This document shows, piece by piece, positions 1 through 12,528 of a stretch of 45,785 nucleotides of DNA. The translations under genes and the position numbers were made by a program. Every line of letters starts with the position of its first letter. The first letter of the stretch is position 1. Source of the DNA: Atractiella rhizophila (taxonomy: Eukaryota); the NCBI GenBank assembly GCA_021432655.1, contig MU271549.1, positions 1 through 45,785 on the forward strand, written 5' to 3'. The notes under the pieces were generated by a model. It saw only the letters and a list, made by a program, of their open reading frames with translations. It was not told where the DNA came from and ran no database searches.

Positions 1-894
1 TTGACATTGAAGTCGAGGTCCATCTTGATGTTGTCGTTCCAGTTATCCGCCTTTAAAAGCTTTTTCACCTTCTTCGAGCCTACCACTTTCACACGTAATC
101 CCCTTTGCTTGAAGTAGCCGTCATTCAACACCTTCAGAAATGCATTTGAAGCTCGGGCTTGAGACACTCGAAGCGCTGTCTGAGCGACGCCTGAGAGCGT
201 GATCCCTGTCTCGCGTTGTCATTGAGCAATTGGTTGATTTGGTCTAGAGGACATGTACCAAGGACGAAGAGAGATGGTTCAGGCACAGATAGAGCAACGT
301 TTCCGGCGACGTCAACGTTCCTCCCTATGACTTCATGTGAGCAAAAGAACTGCACAAGCAGAGTAGAGCGAGCTTACAGAAACCAGAAGGGGCCCACACT
401 TTGTTGAGCCGATCGATCATGTCTTTGTCCTTGTTTCAATGCAGTCTCCTTCACTCAGAGATGTACTTGCCTACAAACTCGTCCTTTCCAACCCGGAAGA
501 GTTCCAATGACGGAGGATAGCACCTGGAGAAGGGAGCGCCAAACTGTCCACTGCGTCCTCCGCATTACCCCTGTCCTCAAGGGAAGGGGAGCAAACATAC
601 GTTTGTTCTGGGATGACAATTGGTTTTGCTAACTTCGGAGAGGACCATGAAGGAGGAGGAGGAGGTATGTGAAGCATAGCTGGAGTAGATTCTATCGCTT
701 GCTATATCACCATCCTTCAGTTCTGAGAACCAGTGCAGAGGAATGCAGACCAGTTCAGCTGCAGCTTCGAGTTCTTGCTGCTCAGGCTCTGCAGCCAGTT
801 CCTCTGAAACCTCCTCATTATAGATCGATGATGCAGAAGAGGAATTCCGCTGGTGACCAAAGGAGTGGGTGGGAGGTGCTAGGATGGATGACAT
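1..894 (-). CDS. Hypothetical fungal protein, spliced, 3' end beyond the window
   Basis: ATG at 894. Exon pieces KLAKPIVIPEQ...SPSLEDRG and SQARASNAFLKVLNDGYFKQRGLRVKVV resemble an uncharacterised fungal family; exon boundaries not resolved. Confidence 0.5.
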
Positions 895-1538
895 TTTCCA
901 CTCTCGATATTAAGCATCAGAATCTATGGGAAAGGAGGATAGTGAGAGGAGGTTGTGGTTTTATACTGCCTCTTACGGAGCGAGGACACTTGGCGCTTTG
1001 CGACACCGCAAGGTGTGGACTGTTGCACTGATCGATCATCTCTGATATTCGGAGCGGTCAACAGCACGTACTACAACAGTTAATGGACGAGAAGAGAGAG
1101 TGAGCTTCGCCAGCTGTCTCCGTCCCCGAGGAATTCCACAGCCTGGCACCTTCAACCTCCTTTAGGAGGATTCTCCAATGTAAAATAATGTCAGTAAGCT
1201 TAAGGAAAATCGAGGGCATTCAAACATGACGAAAATAAAGAAGAAGTGTTCTTCCTCGCCGTTGCAAAGTGCCGAAGGGTGACCCAGTGAATTCGGTTGA
1301 GCATTGAGTAAGTAGCACAGGGTGGAACAACTAATAACACTCAGTCACGCTTGCGGCGATGATTTGAGAACTCGAATGACGAAGGACATAAGAACAGTCA
1401 TCCCGTGGCATTTTTCGGGTGTAGAGCAGCTTTTTGGATATGTTAAGGAAAGGGGAATTAGAATCCTGCTCTGCTGAAAATGGCAAAATCGAAACATAGA
1501 CTGACAATGTTATTTTTCAATGGAACATCACAAACCCT

Positions 1539-3461
1539 TCAAGTTGCCTTCTTTCTCATCCACCTGTCAAGTTGCTGAAAATGCTTCCACGCGCTCCCAC
1601 CTTCCTTTACGCTATCCCTCCAAACTTTCCCCAAATCTTTCGTATTCCTCTTCTTTTTCTCAGCTTCCGCGCCGGATCTCATCCTCTCAATCACATCCGT
1701 CAACTCCCTCCTTCTCGCAACACTCGTTCCTTCAATTCTCGTCCCTCCACCCCTGTATGCTAGTCCATTCTTCAAAGCTGCCCCAGTGCGAAATTGCAGC
1801 ATTTCTATGCCAGCGTCAAAATGCTTGGAAGAAGAGAGCAGGATCGCATTTGTTCCCTGATCGCCATGAAAAGGGAGCAGGATCATGGGGATGGAAAATA
1901 TCAGCGCTTCTGTGACGGAGTTCATGCCTCCATGCGTGAGAAAAAGGCCTAAGGCGCGGTGCTGGAGGATGAGAGTCTGGGGAACCCAGGGAAGAAAGAG
2001 ACATTGCGGCGAGGTCTTGATGCGTGCGCTGAGAGATGGAGATAGGTTGGCAAGTGGCGAAGAGAGGGCGAAGAGAAAAGGAAGCGGTGGAGAGATTGAC
2101 AATAGTGCCTCGACAAGGTCTTCCACAATTTCCGGGTGCTGAGTCCTCCTCACATAGTTGGCAATGAAAGTGATCAAGCGGGAGGCATAAAACGTACGGC
2201 CAAAAGAAGCTACCAAAGCTTATGTAGAGCACACTTTCTGTGCCATGTTCAATCTCACAGCGATCCATAAATTCGAGTCCCTCTCTATTAACACTCAACG
2301 TCGCCGGGGATTTTTCAAGACTGCCGTCATTCTTCAAGTCGCCAGCTTCCCATACGATGGGGGCTTGTTGGGCACCAACGAGAAACAGGGGGCGACTCCC
2401 GTCTTTTCCCAAGATGCTTCGGCCGGCAATGAGAGCGTCCGGTGGTTCCTACAATGCCAGTCCAGACTATAAATTTTCGCAAGAGCAAGGAAAAGAGGCT
2501 CACATATTCTTCAATTGTTTGCATTATCAACCCATCTACATCCCTATCCAGCTCGAAGAGCCGTGACATGATCTTATCCCCGTCTTTTGGAATATCAGGT
2601 TCTTGCGGTGTGGCCTCCCACTCGTAGATAGGGTCAAGACCAGGAGTTTTGATGAGGTTGTCAGGCCTTCGAGGGTTGTTGAACATGAACTGCGTTCTTG
2701 TCAAGGAATCAGCCAGCTGTCCAAAAGGAAAAGCGCACTTCCGCGGCAATCTCATCCAAAGCTCGTCCGCGCCTCTTCTCCGGGTCATTGAATACTTCCA
2801 CTGCATCATCGATGATGTTTCCTTGCCCCCCAAACTCAGGCGGAGCAACCGTCCTTCCCAATACAATCAATTATTGACTACTAAAAGGGGAACAGCATAC
2901 CTCATCCAAGCATGAACTGTCGTGACTACCCATTCTAGTATCGGCAAAGTATGCTTTCCAGCCTTCCTCAGTCTGGTACTAGCTGCACCACCGAACATAT
3001 CCTCCCAGATACAGCAGAGCCGTCCGAAGCCTGTCACATCATGCCTGTTTCCGTTCGCATCGATCCACTCTTTCTTTTCAGCGACGGCGCTCAGCACGCC
3101 GTCTAAAGCGATGTACAAATCCGACTGTGATGTGAGGAAAAAGTTGTCGCTCGCTGTTGGATCTTCTTTCATCGATTCGGGACGACCAACTGCGACAAGG
3201 TGAATGAGGGGCGAGGTGAGGCGATGCGCTTCCAGCTCTGTAGTTAGTTTTGGGACTAGATCGGCATGGGCTAGGAATGTGATGTGGTAGTTGAACCTAT
3301 GGGACATTGTAGCTGCGAGTGTGAGAAGTGGACGTGCATGCCCCTTCTCACCAGCGTCGATGAGCACCTTGCTTGGCATGACAAGGAGGGATCCCCACCC
3401 AGCTCGGTGTACACACCACGATAACGTTGAGTTTTTCTCCCTCTGTGCTGAATGAAGTCAT
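1539..3461 (-). CDS. UDP-glycosyltransferase (GT1 / UDPGT family), multi-exon
   Basis: PSPG-type signature WVPQTLILQHRALGLFLTHGGMNSVTEAL...PFHGDQGTNA and VLYISFGS. N-terminus MTSFSTEGEKLNVIVVCTPSW|GHARPL is restored by a GT-AG intron (catalytic His). Confidence 0.92.
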
Positions 3462-4991
3462 GTTCTTCTTGGAAAGACCTGGTCGTATCCATTTCTGCAA
3501 ACGGATACTGTTTATTTATCTTCGCCAAATGCTATCTCATGCTCTTTCTTTTCTCGTACGGTGTCATTTCGGTTAAAATTCATAGCTCCCCCTCCTGCTC
3601 ATCTGGTGCTCATTTGTAAGAGCCACCTGTTCACAGACAAGAAGGTGCGGAATGAGAGAATCAGCCGGGGATCTGATGATTAATCACTCCTCGATCAGCT
3701 GAGGGCTGCTCGCAGTCTCAGATCTGCCTCCTTCGACAGAGACAGCCTACTATTCTTTCTCCAACCAGAGACCATTCAGACTCGCAACTGAGACCGACAG
3801 CCCAACATTCAGGTACAGCACAACGGCAAGAAAGAAATCCACAATCCTCTGTAGTAGTTGTAAGCCACTCCAATGGCGGAATACAAAAATTCTGTCTCTT
3901 CAATCACGCCTTGAGAGCTAGCTCCGACTGAAACTGCAAAGGAAAAGCGTCGTGACAATATCGCACGCCTGACTTCACAGAAGCAACTTTACGATTGGGA
4001 GCGAAAAGCCTCAACGATACATCAGGATGTTGATGACCATGATTTTCGAGTATCATTCAGCACATGTGAAGGAAACCTATCCATGTAACTTCCCCTCCTC
4101 GTCCAATTTGGCTGTAAATCAAATATTATTATCACTAATGTCCATGGAGGAACATGTTACCTCCACCTATGAAATTAATGAAGTTCCACACCTAACACTT
4201 CTAATGGATAACATCTATTACCGCGCATGTCCTGCTCAGTAGTGTGAGACACTGGTATAGACATCGACCTTTTTCAGACCGTTGCGTGTGCGGCTTGAAG
4301 CTACAGTACTTCAAAGCTTCAGGCCTGCAGGCGCTGAAGTGACATCGTCCAACAGCAGACACTCAAAAAAGATTAGCAAGCTTGATTTAGCTGCTGTCAT
4401 TGTCACCGACATGGCTTGCAAGCCTGAACAAAGCCCTAACGGAGTGAATTTACGCACAGCTGAGCTTTGGGGCCTCTCCATTACTGGCAGTTCCCCTCGT
4501 TTGCTTGTTATCCCAAGCTCAACACCATCATCTCTCGAGAAAGGCTGAATATACTGCTGATCTGAGCAGTTACTTCCAAGGACATTTGTACGATCACGAC
4601 GAGGCCAAGGTGGCAGAGCGGAAACTTATAGCTAGCAGCTCAGAGGTCAATCGATCTGGCAAGTAAAGGTGACTGGTGAACGAAGGGTCCGTCAAACTTT
4701 GATGCTCCATCAATGCATCAAATCCGATCGAAAATGTACTGCGTTTACTGCTCACAGGGGACTGGCAATATGAAATCGACACGAAACCCTGAACAAGGCT
4801 CCACTGCATTGGGAAACTGGGGGGAGACAACTTCCTTCCATTCCCTTTTAGTACAAGGTCGAGGACAAAGCACCTCATTCGTTGACAGAATGTCCACTTT
4901 TCCTTTCCTCCCTCCTAATCATCCATCAACAAACGCGCATCACACCGCATCACATAACGTTCTCAGAACGCAATGTAGCACAATGCAACGC

Positions 4992-7024
4992 TTAAAGAGC
5001 GACAGCCAATCCCAACTGGTTGTTATCCACATCCGTCGCGTAGTAAACGTTCTTCAAGAAGGCATCTCCAACGAGCCACTCAGTGTCGCCTCCGATGTTT
5101 CCAGCAGAGATAGAGGACACGCAGTCACCAGTAAGATTGTTCTGGTCAACTGGAACAAAGGTCAAATCCTGGGGTTGCATCGAGAAGCTGGTTCCTCCAA
5201 AGGTCATGGAAAGGACGGCGGTCGTCGTGCAGGGGATGGTGAATCCTCCGTTTCCATCAGAAGCAGCACCGGGGATAGCAGCGTGCACAGCCTGAGCATC
5301 AGCAGCGGGCATGACGATGAGGGTGGTTCCTGAAGAGCAGGTAATGAGCTCAAAACAATATAGGCAAAGATGGCAAACAAACCAGTGTCAAGGATAGCAG
5401 TCCTTCCAGCAAGGTTGACGGATTTGCCATCGACGGCAATATCGTCGACAGCACCCTCCCAGAAACTATGGGGCCACAAGGATAAGCGTACAATACCAAC
5501 AAGAGATCAGACTACTAACCCGTTGGGGTTGACATTAGCGAAAACTGTGAGGTCTCCATTGAACTTGGACGAGTCGACACCACCGAAAGTAACCTGGCCT
5601 ATTATCGATACATTCACCTACTGATTCTCTAGAAACAGACTGAAAACGCACTGTCATTATCGCCATCGGTGAACCTAGCCAGCCTGTAACCCATCTGGGC
5701 AGCATCCACCTGTCCGGCGGTCTTGAGAGATTCAATAGGAGTAGGAACCTTCTGGTTGGACAGGGTCGAGAGAGCGGTTCCCATCAATCCGTCAAAGGGA
5801 GCACCGGAGAATTCAACGGATTCGTCAGTCGTGACACCAAAGGTGTGCGCATCGAGAGAGAGCGTTCCAGCAATGGCGAGCGTATCCTGGATGATCTGTC
5901 CGGAGACGGATCCAGTTCCGTAGGTGACTTGGAACTGTTGGTTGGAGGCAGCAAAAGTGGAGGAGACGGATGAGCCCAGGATGGTGTGGTTGCCGCAAGT
6001 TTGGCAGACTTGGGACTGTGGTCCCAAAGTCTGTCAGTACAACTTATTATGCGAGGACGCGACGAAGACATACAGGAACCCAAGTATCGGCAGATCCAGT
6101 GTCAATGAGCATCTGGAAGGTCTGAGGAGGAGTTCCCATTTGGATCGGGCCAAAGTAGCCAACATCAGCAGCCTCGATGGTCATAGGGATCGAGTTAGCG
6201 GCGGTAGGATTCGAAGCAGGGGTGAGAGTATCGGCGTTAAGTGCGTCGAGAGCAGCTTGAGAGAAGCCAGCTGAGTTACCGCCGGTGGCAGCAGCACCAG
6301 TGGCGGTATTGTTACCACTAGCAGCTCCTGCAGCAGCGGCACCAGCAGCAGCAGCACCGGCAGCATTGCCGTTACCATTGTTTCCCCTTCCCTTTCCACC
6401 ACGACGAGCGGCATCACGTCCTCCAAAACCGACAGCAGCGGCGATCCTTTGAGCGAAGCTTTCCTTGACGGCAGCTTGTTCCGCCTCGTCCTTTCCCCAA
6501 GTCATCGCCAATCCACCCCTAGCACCAGTCTGACGCTTGACGAGCTTGGCCTCGCTGACACCGTAGGTAGCCTCGAATCGCTTAACAAGGGCATTCTCGA
6601 GGTGGGCATCGAGATCAGGGATGCTGTGCCTCTTCATGTGAGCCAGACGGCGAGAACCTCGGTTGATGTGTTGCTGGAGGAGGACCTGAGGGTGAATTCC
6701 TCGCTTGACATCCTCAGCCGTGTTGTGGGCCCTCTTCAAAGGCAAGTGGACGACGTTGCTCGACGGGGTGTTGAGGTCTCGCTTCTTGTTCCTCTGCTTA
6801 GAGGATACCTTGGACATCGCCTTCTTCGTGGACCTCTTCGACTTGAGGTTCGCGGCATCGATTGGCGCGTTGACCGCAGCAGTTCGGGCTACGTTGGAAG
6901 CTCCAGGATGACCGACGTGAGGTGCCACTTGACGACGGGCAAGAGGGGAATCGTGGGAAGCGGCTGATGAGAGCAGGGCTCCAGTGGAGAGGAGAAGACA
7001 AGCGGCGTTAGAGAGATTGACCAT
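4992..7024 (-). CDS. Secreted pepsin-like aspartic protease (family A1) with long propeptide
   Basis: Signal peptide, LIDTGSADTWV and AILDTG catalytic motifs, flap YGTGS, FDGLMG, and C-terminal WLVGDAFLKNVYYATD. Confidence 0.95.
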
Positions 7025-8623
7025 CTAACCACCCAATCTTGGACTTAACAACCCCATTTCTGTTGGCACAAAGAGAATGAAAGGACATACCTTGAGCGAC
7101 TTTACTATCTAAAGAACAAGAATGTTGAGCGCTTCTAGCGTTTTGATGGATTGATATAGGAATAGTCGATTTCCGAGCACAGCTCTCCTACTTGAGGATT
7201 GACGAAGCGGTAAGGGAAGAAGTGGAAAGAGAAAGTGGCTAAGGAATGTCCTTATAACTCGTCCAACAAGCGAGTAGGGAGAGTCAACGAAAGAACAAGG
7301 GATAAGGAAGGCTGGAAGGAAGTTGGTCGTCCAAAAAGGCGAAGCGAAGAGGGCGAGAAGAAGGGCATTTTGACGACCAAGCCTTTTATAGTGTTCACGT
7401 TGCAATGCTACGCCGGAGAAAGAACAGCATGGATATCTTGACAACGCTTGTTGTTTATAGCAACCCCGACCTGAAAACGACAAGATATAGTGGGGACGCT
7501 TGTTGGCAGGCAAGAATATTGTCCTCTCTCTGGTCTGGAACGAGCACTCTTTCACGGCAAGAGAACAAGTTACACGGATTGGCTTGGAGTAGTACGAAAC
7601 AGCGGAGAGGCAGTGATATTGGGATCTCCAGTTGCATAAAGGATGAGACAAGTGTCATGCATGTCATGGTGTAATCTAATCTCCAAGGCGCGTACTTTTT
7701 TGGGGATGAGTGCTATTTCTATTTTGGCAAGTCGAAATGACAACACTTCATGTCGTACGAGGACTCCATCGATTCGTGCTGGTGGCGCCCATGTAAGTAA
7801 GTAGCCGAAATTCAAAATGTGAATCCGTGTGAATGCCCTTTCATGTCATGTTTGTTTTGGCAGAGCTCTGGTTGGAGCTGTGTGCTCAAGCCCAATTCAG
7901 CTCGGTAACATTACAATACCCTCGCACTCTGCCTTGCACTCTTGTTTAAGGGAGAGAGGAATTCAGGACGTTGTTGATGCATACTGATGCAGGTTCGTGA
8001 GTTCACTTCATAATCCCTCTCTGTCCCATCATTACCCCATCGGACAAGAGTGGAAAAGAGGACTAGAAAGGAGGTGTCAACTGTGTCAGTAAGTTCATGA
8101 CAGTAAGGCTGCATCTAGTTGTTACCTCTCTGCTGTTTTGCGTTCCCTAAGCTTCACTTGCACAATATCCGATGAGCATTGCTTATTAGTGTTATTGTAA
8201 TGGGACCAAAGCCTAAGGATAGTATAGAAGCAGATATCGTTTATATATGCCTGTCATTACAACCAAGACGATTACTGGATTTCTAACGACGACGTTGGCT
8301 TGTGCTTCTTCCAATCTGAAGGAATGTGAGGACATTGTAAATTTGTCTTCTTTGGGCATTCGATTAGCATACGCATGAAGTGATTCGAGAGCAATACATG
8401 AAACATGATTGATTCAAACAACTCGACTATATCTCTAGTACTTATTTACTTGCTTTGTATAGTTAATGGTTCTAGTTCCTGAACCCACTTGTTACAATGT
8501 TTCACGTTTCGTCATTCATGTACCTGATAAATGATGGATCAGATTTTTTTGCGCTCAAATTCATACAGTCGCCTCTTCAAAATTCTCGACTTCGCGGAGA
8601 AAAGGAACAGGGAATAATCTGAC

Positions 8624-10424
8624 ATGGCATCCCGCGACACTCTTGCCGTTTATGGTATCTCCTTATTTGCATCCATTACCGGGTTATGCTTCGGATTTGA
8701 CACCGGATCGTTAGTGTTCAATTCTTCTTTCTTATCTTAATGCTGAGTAAAAGTCAACAGGATTGCGCCTGTGACGCTGATGCCTTCGTTCGAGGCAAAG
8801 TTTTCGCCCGATCGACCTTTGCCTGAGATTGTCCGAGGGATCATTGTTTCCTCGATCCTCATCACTGCGACCATCTTTGGGGTACTGGCGGGCCCAATAG
8901 CTGACCGTTTCAGTCGCAAGTACACCATCTCTCTCGGTGGGGCCATCTTTGCTCTTGGTAGTGCACTCTCGGCCGCATCCGATGGACTCGCCCTTCTTTT
9001 CGTAGGGAGACTAGTTGCAGGGACAGGAGAGGGGTTGTTCCTCAGTACGGCTGCCATTTATATGTGGGAACTTTCCTATCTTCAAGGCAAGGAATTGATT
9101 CGAGCTTGGGCAGAATCGAAATCGCTCCACTTGCTCTCAGAGGAAGGCTACAGACATTGGTTCTCATCATGATCAATGTCGGGATTTCAGTTGGATTCTT
9201 CATTTGTTATGGGTTGCAGCGCTCACTTCCACACTCCACCCTATCTTGGCGCCTTGTCTTCGTCTTTCAAGCAATCTTTGCGACCGTCATGTGCGTCGGC
9301 ACGCCCTTCCTTCCATTTTCTCCTAGATGGCTAAGGATGCAAGGGCGGGTGGAGGAGGCGAGAGCGGTGCTGGATAGGCTCCACAAAAGAGAGGCAGAGG
9401 TCGAGAAGGAGGAAATCCTCAACTCGGTCATAGTTCCAGGAAGAGTGGGTTTCAAGGAGTTATTCAATAAAGAGAATAGGGAACGAACAATTCTGTCATG
9501 CTATGTCATGGGTAGCCTACAGCTGTCCGGTATTGACGGTTCGCCCAATCTCATATTATCAGACGAATGCTGATCAGCCCCCCTAGCCGTGCTTTACTAC
9601 GCTCCTGTTGTCTTCGCCAACGCCGGCCTTAGCGCTTCTACTTCGTCCCTCATCGCGTCTGGTGTGACAGGCATCGTTCTTCTCCTCGTAGTCACTTTCG
9701 TTGCACCATTCATGGATCGTCTTGGTCGTCGTACCCTCATCATCTATGGTGGAATTACGATCGCCTTCTCCCTTTTTATGCAAGGCATTCTATACGCTTC
9801 CAAGGCGACAAATGCAGCTGGCGCTCGATGGACTGTCATCGCCATGATCGAAGTTTTCATCATTGCCTTTGCTGCAACGTGGGGACCTGGGATCAGGATG
9901 TACGCTTCGGAGATTCAGAGTGGGAGGACTAGAGCTGCGGCTATCAGTTTAGCTGGCGTAGGATTTCCCAGCACCTGTATGAGAGCCATGGAAGGAGACT
10001 GATGTGTAAACAGGCATTCAATCAAGGAGTCAACTTCTTGATTGCGCTAACTACCCCGCTCTTCCTTGCCACTTCAGCGTCTGGGCCATACTTCTTATTT
10101 GGCGGTAGGCTCTTCCCTCCCGCGCTGATCGCAATCTTACAACGCAATTATGGTGTTCGGTCAGGCACGACGGCTTTTGCTGTGGTAGTTTGTTTACTTT
10201 ACATGCCTGAAAGTCGAGGTGTTTCACTGGAGAACATCGACAAGGCGTTCCAAGAGCACATTCACCTTAAGCGCTGGCAAGGACGCTTGCAGTCGCTCTC
10301 TTGCTCTTTCAGAAAGAGAGAACCATCAACAGAGAGCGATGAAGGGCCAGAAGAAGGCGTAGAGCTGCCTGCGAGGAATTCAGAGTTTGATATCACCAAA
10401 ATGGATGTTCAGGTTGCAGCATGA
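8624..10424 (+). CDS. MFS sugar porter family transporter, multi-exon
   Basis: CFGFDTG, ADRFSRK, GRLVAGTGEG, EIAP..LRG, PFSPRWL, QLSGID, MDRLGRR and MPESRG sugar-porter motifs; ATG at 8624. Confidence 0.93.
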
Positions 10425-10595
10425 GAAGCATAATCACAACATTTGACATGAAACTGGCGTCGCATTTATTACAAAACCTCATTGGGTATCATCGCGCCGC
10501 AAATACACCTAGGTGCTTTGAGCCAGAGCGCTCATATCGGAAAATTTGGAACACACATCTATCACTGATCGAATAGTACATCATCTTCCCTTATC

Positions 10596-11105
10596 TTATG
10601 ACTTCTCTCCCCTGGCCACTCTCAGGCATTCCTCCATCAATTTTTTCCCTTCCTCTCCCTCCTTCCCGAGCCAGACGACCTCCACTCCCGCCTCCTTCAG
10701 CAGCTTCTCCCCTTCGCAAACAACGAAATCATCGGGCTCCCCCGTCCCCACAACGACAGTAGTAACTTTGGCCTTCCCCTCCCCTTCTTCTCGAGAATTG
10801 AATTCTAATATCCTCTGCGTACAACTTTTGTTTCCCGACAAACGAGTAGAACAAGGTTCCATCGTCGTGTACATGACTAAAGGCTCGTTCGGTATATTTG
10901 TCCCCGAATGATCAAGCTTCGACAGGGCACATTGCTCCGCATGTGTGTTGCCCTCGATCTCTCGTGAAAAACCGGTAGAAATAACAGCCTGAGAAGTTGA
11001 AGAGACGAGGATACACCCGACGTTGAACGCTGTTGGGACGTGAACGCATTTTTTTGCTTCGTCTAAGGCGGAGCGCATGTGTGAGAAGTCTCTTTGGAGA
11101 TCCAT
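10596..11105 (-). CDS. Zinc-dependent cytidine-deaminase-fold protein, Rib2 (DRAP deaminase) domain-like
   Basis: HAEQCAL and TMEPCSTRLSGNKSC zinc motifs; AFNVGCIL and EPDDFV. Intronless ORF, first ATG at 11105. Confidence 0.85.
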   Translation of the reverse strand: MDLQRDFSHMRSALDEAKKCVHVPTAFNVGCILVSSTSQAVISTGFSREIEGNTHAEQCALSKLDHSGTNIPNEPLVMYTTMEPCSTRLSGNKSCTQRILEFNSREEGEGKAKVTTVVVGTGEPDDFVVCEGEKLLKEAGVEVVWLGKEGEEGKKLMEECLRVARGEKS

Positions 11106-11600
11106 GACCAGGTACAATTCTGCAAGAATAATGAGCCTATGGTTCAAAGTAGGTGAATATGCAGGACAAGAGCGAAATGAAGTACGTAGAAGGGATGGGA
11201 TAGTGCTACAAGTAAATAGCTTCCATTTTCCAGGTCAGTGACCAATCGGCGCACTCCTTCCTTCGTAGCATTGAGAGAAGGAGAGAAGGATGTTTCGGTG
11301 AAATCGTAAATCAAAGAGTCGTTAAGTTTGGCCATCTTCATTGTGATATGTCCAGGATAAGACAGTGCAGCAGACATCGAACAGGTACGTGTGGATGTTG
11401 AGATTAAAAACGAGAAAGAGGAATATGTTTGAGAAATCTAAATGAACCCACTTGTGTTACTTCCTAAATACTAATATTGCGATCCTGTTCAGGCTAATGT
11501 AACACCGGCCTGATAGCTTTATTGTGAGTGTTAAGTTCCGAGGTGAACATTGGAGTCAGATAAGGTTCCAGCCATTCTGAGCATTGAGATCACCACCACC

Positions 11601-12176
11601 ATGTCTTCAGGTAGCGGTACAAATCAACCTCTGAGCCAGCCTCAAGACTATGGAGCCATCAAAAAGGCTTCGACTTCAAAGGCGCCAACCTCTACATCAA
11701 AAATCGAGCCAAAAGTCTTTCTAGCGAGTGAACGCACACTTTTCTCCTGGCTTCGGCTCTCCATTCTCATGGGATCCCTCTCATTGGCTTTGTTCAACGC
11801 TTCTGGGAAAGACAACATGATAGGACGATATTTTGGCTTTTCGTATTCTCTCATCTCGGTCGGAACCCTGTGTTACGGTTGGTGGGTTTTTGAGAAACGG
11901 AAAAGGAGGATTAGAGCGAAGGCAGCGGAGAAGGATGCGTTTGGTATGTTCCTTTTGTTGCGAAAGGTTTGGGTATGAGACACGGAACGACTTTAAACAT
12001 TCTTTTCTCGGAGCAGATGAACTCGTTGGACCAGTGGTCATTTGCGCGTTGCTTTTCTTCGCCGTATTGGCAAACTTCATCCTCCAATGTGAGCTTTTCG
12101 TTATCTTTAAAGGGCCATGTGAACATATTCACTGACTCTTGTGCCACCAGTTAAGCACCCGTTAGTAATCCCATGA
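11601..12176 (+). CDS. Vtc1-like (DUF202) vacuolar transporter chaperone membrane protein
   Basis: KIEPKVFLASERTLFSWL motif, three TM helices, D-ELVGPVVIC..FFAVLANF; two GT-AG introns; stop at 12174-12176. Confidence 0.85.
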
Positions 12177-12528
12177 TGCGATCCATGACTTACGCTCATT
12201 CAACTATAGGACTTCCGCTGGCACACCTCCCCGTGCACCTTGGCTCTTCTTCTTGCATTAGGACAAACAGTTACTCTTGATTTGTCATTAGAATGTACTG
12301 TCACAATTCATAACATTTTGCTCTCTTCGAGTCACTTCGTCACTCAATTTAACGCGCAGAATCATCCATCACGCCGATGAACTCTGATTTTGGGGAACCC
12401 TTTGACGGATTGCAATTCGAATTGTTTACAATTTATTGGATTTTAGGCCATTTAACTTCACATTTCTCCATATTCTTGATGGTGTGATCTCCAATTTAGT
12501 GAGCCATTCAGCCAATTTAGTGAGCCAT

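Noticed and set aside
4713..7001. Plus-strand and alternate-frame ORFs overlapping the aspartic protease
   Set aside because: Shadow ORFs of a GC3-rich coding sequence.
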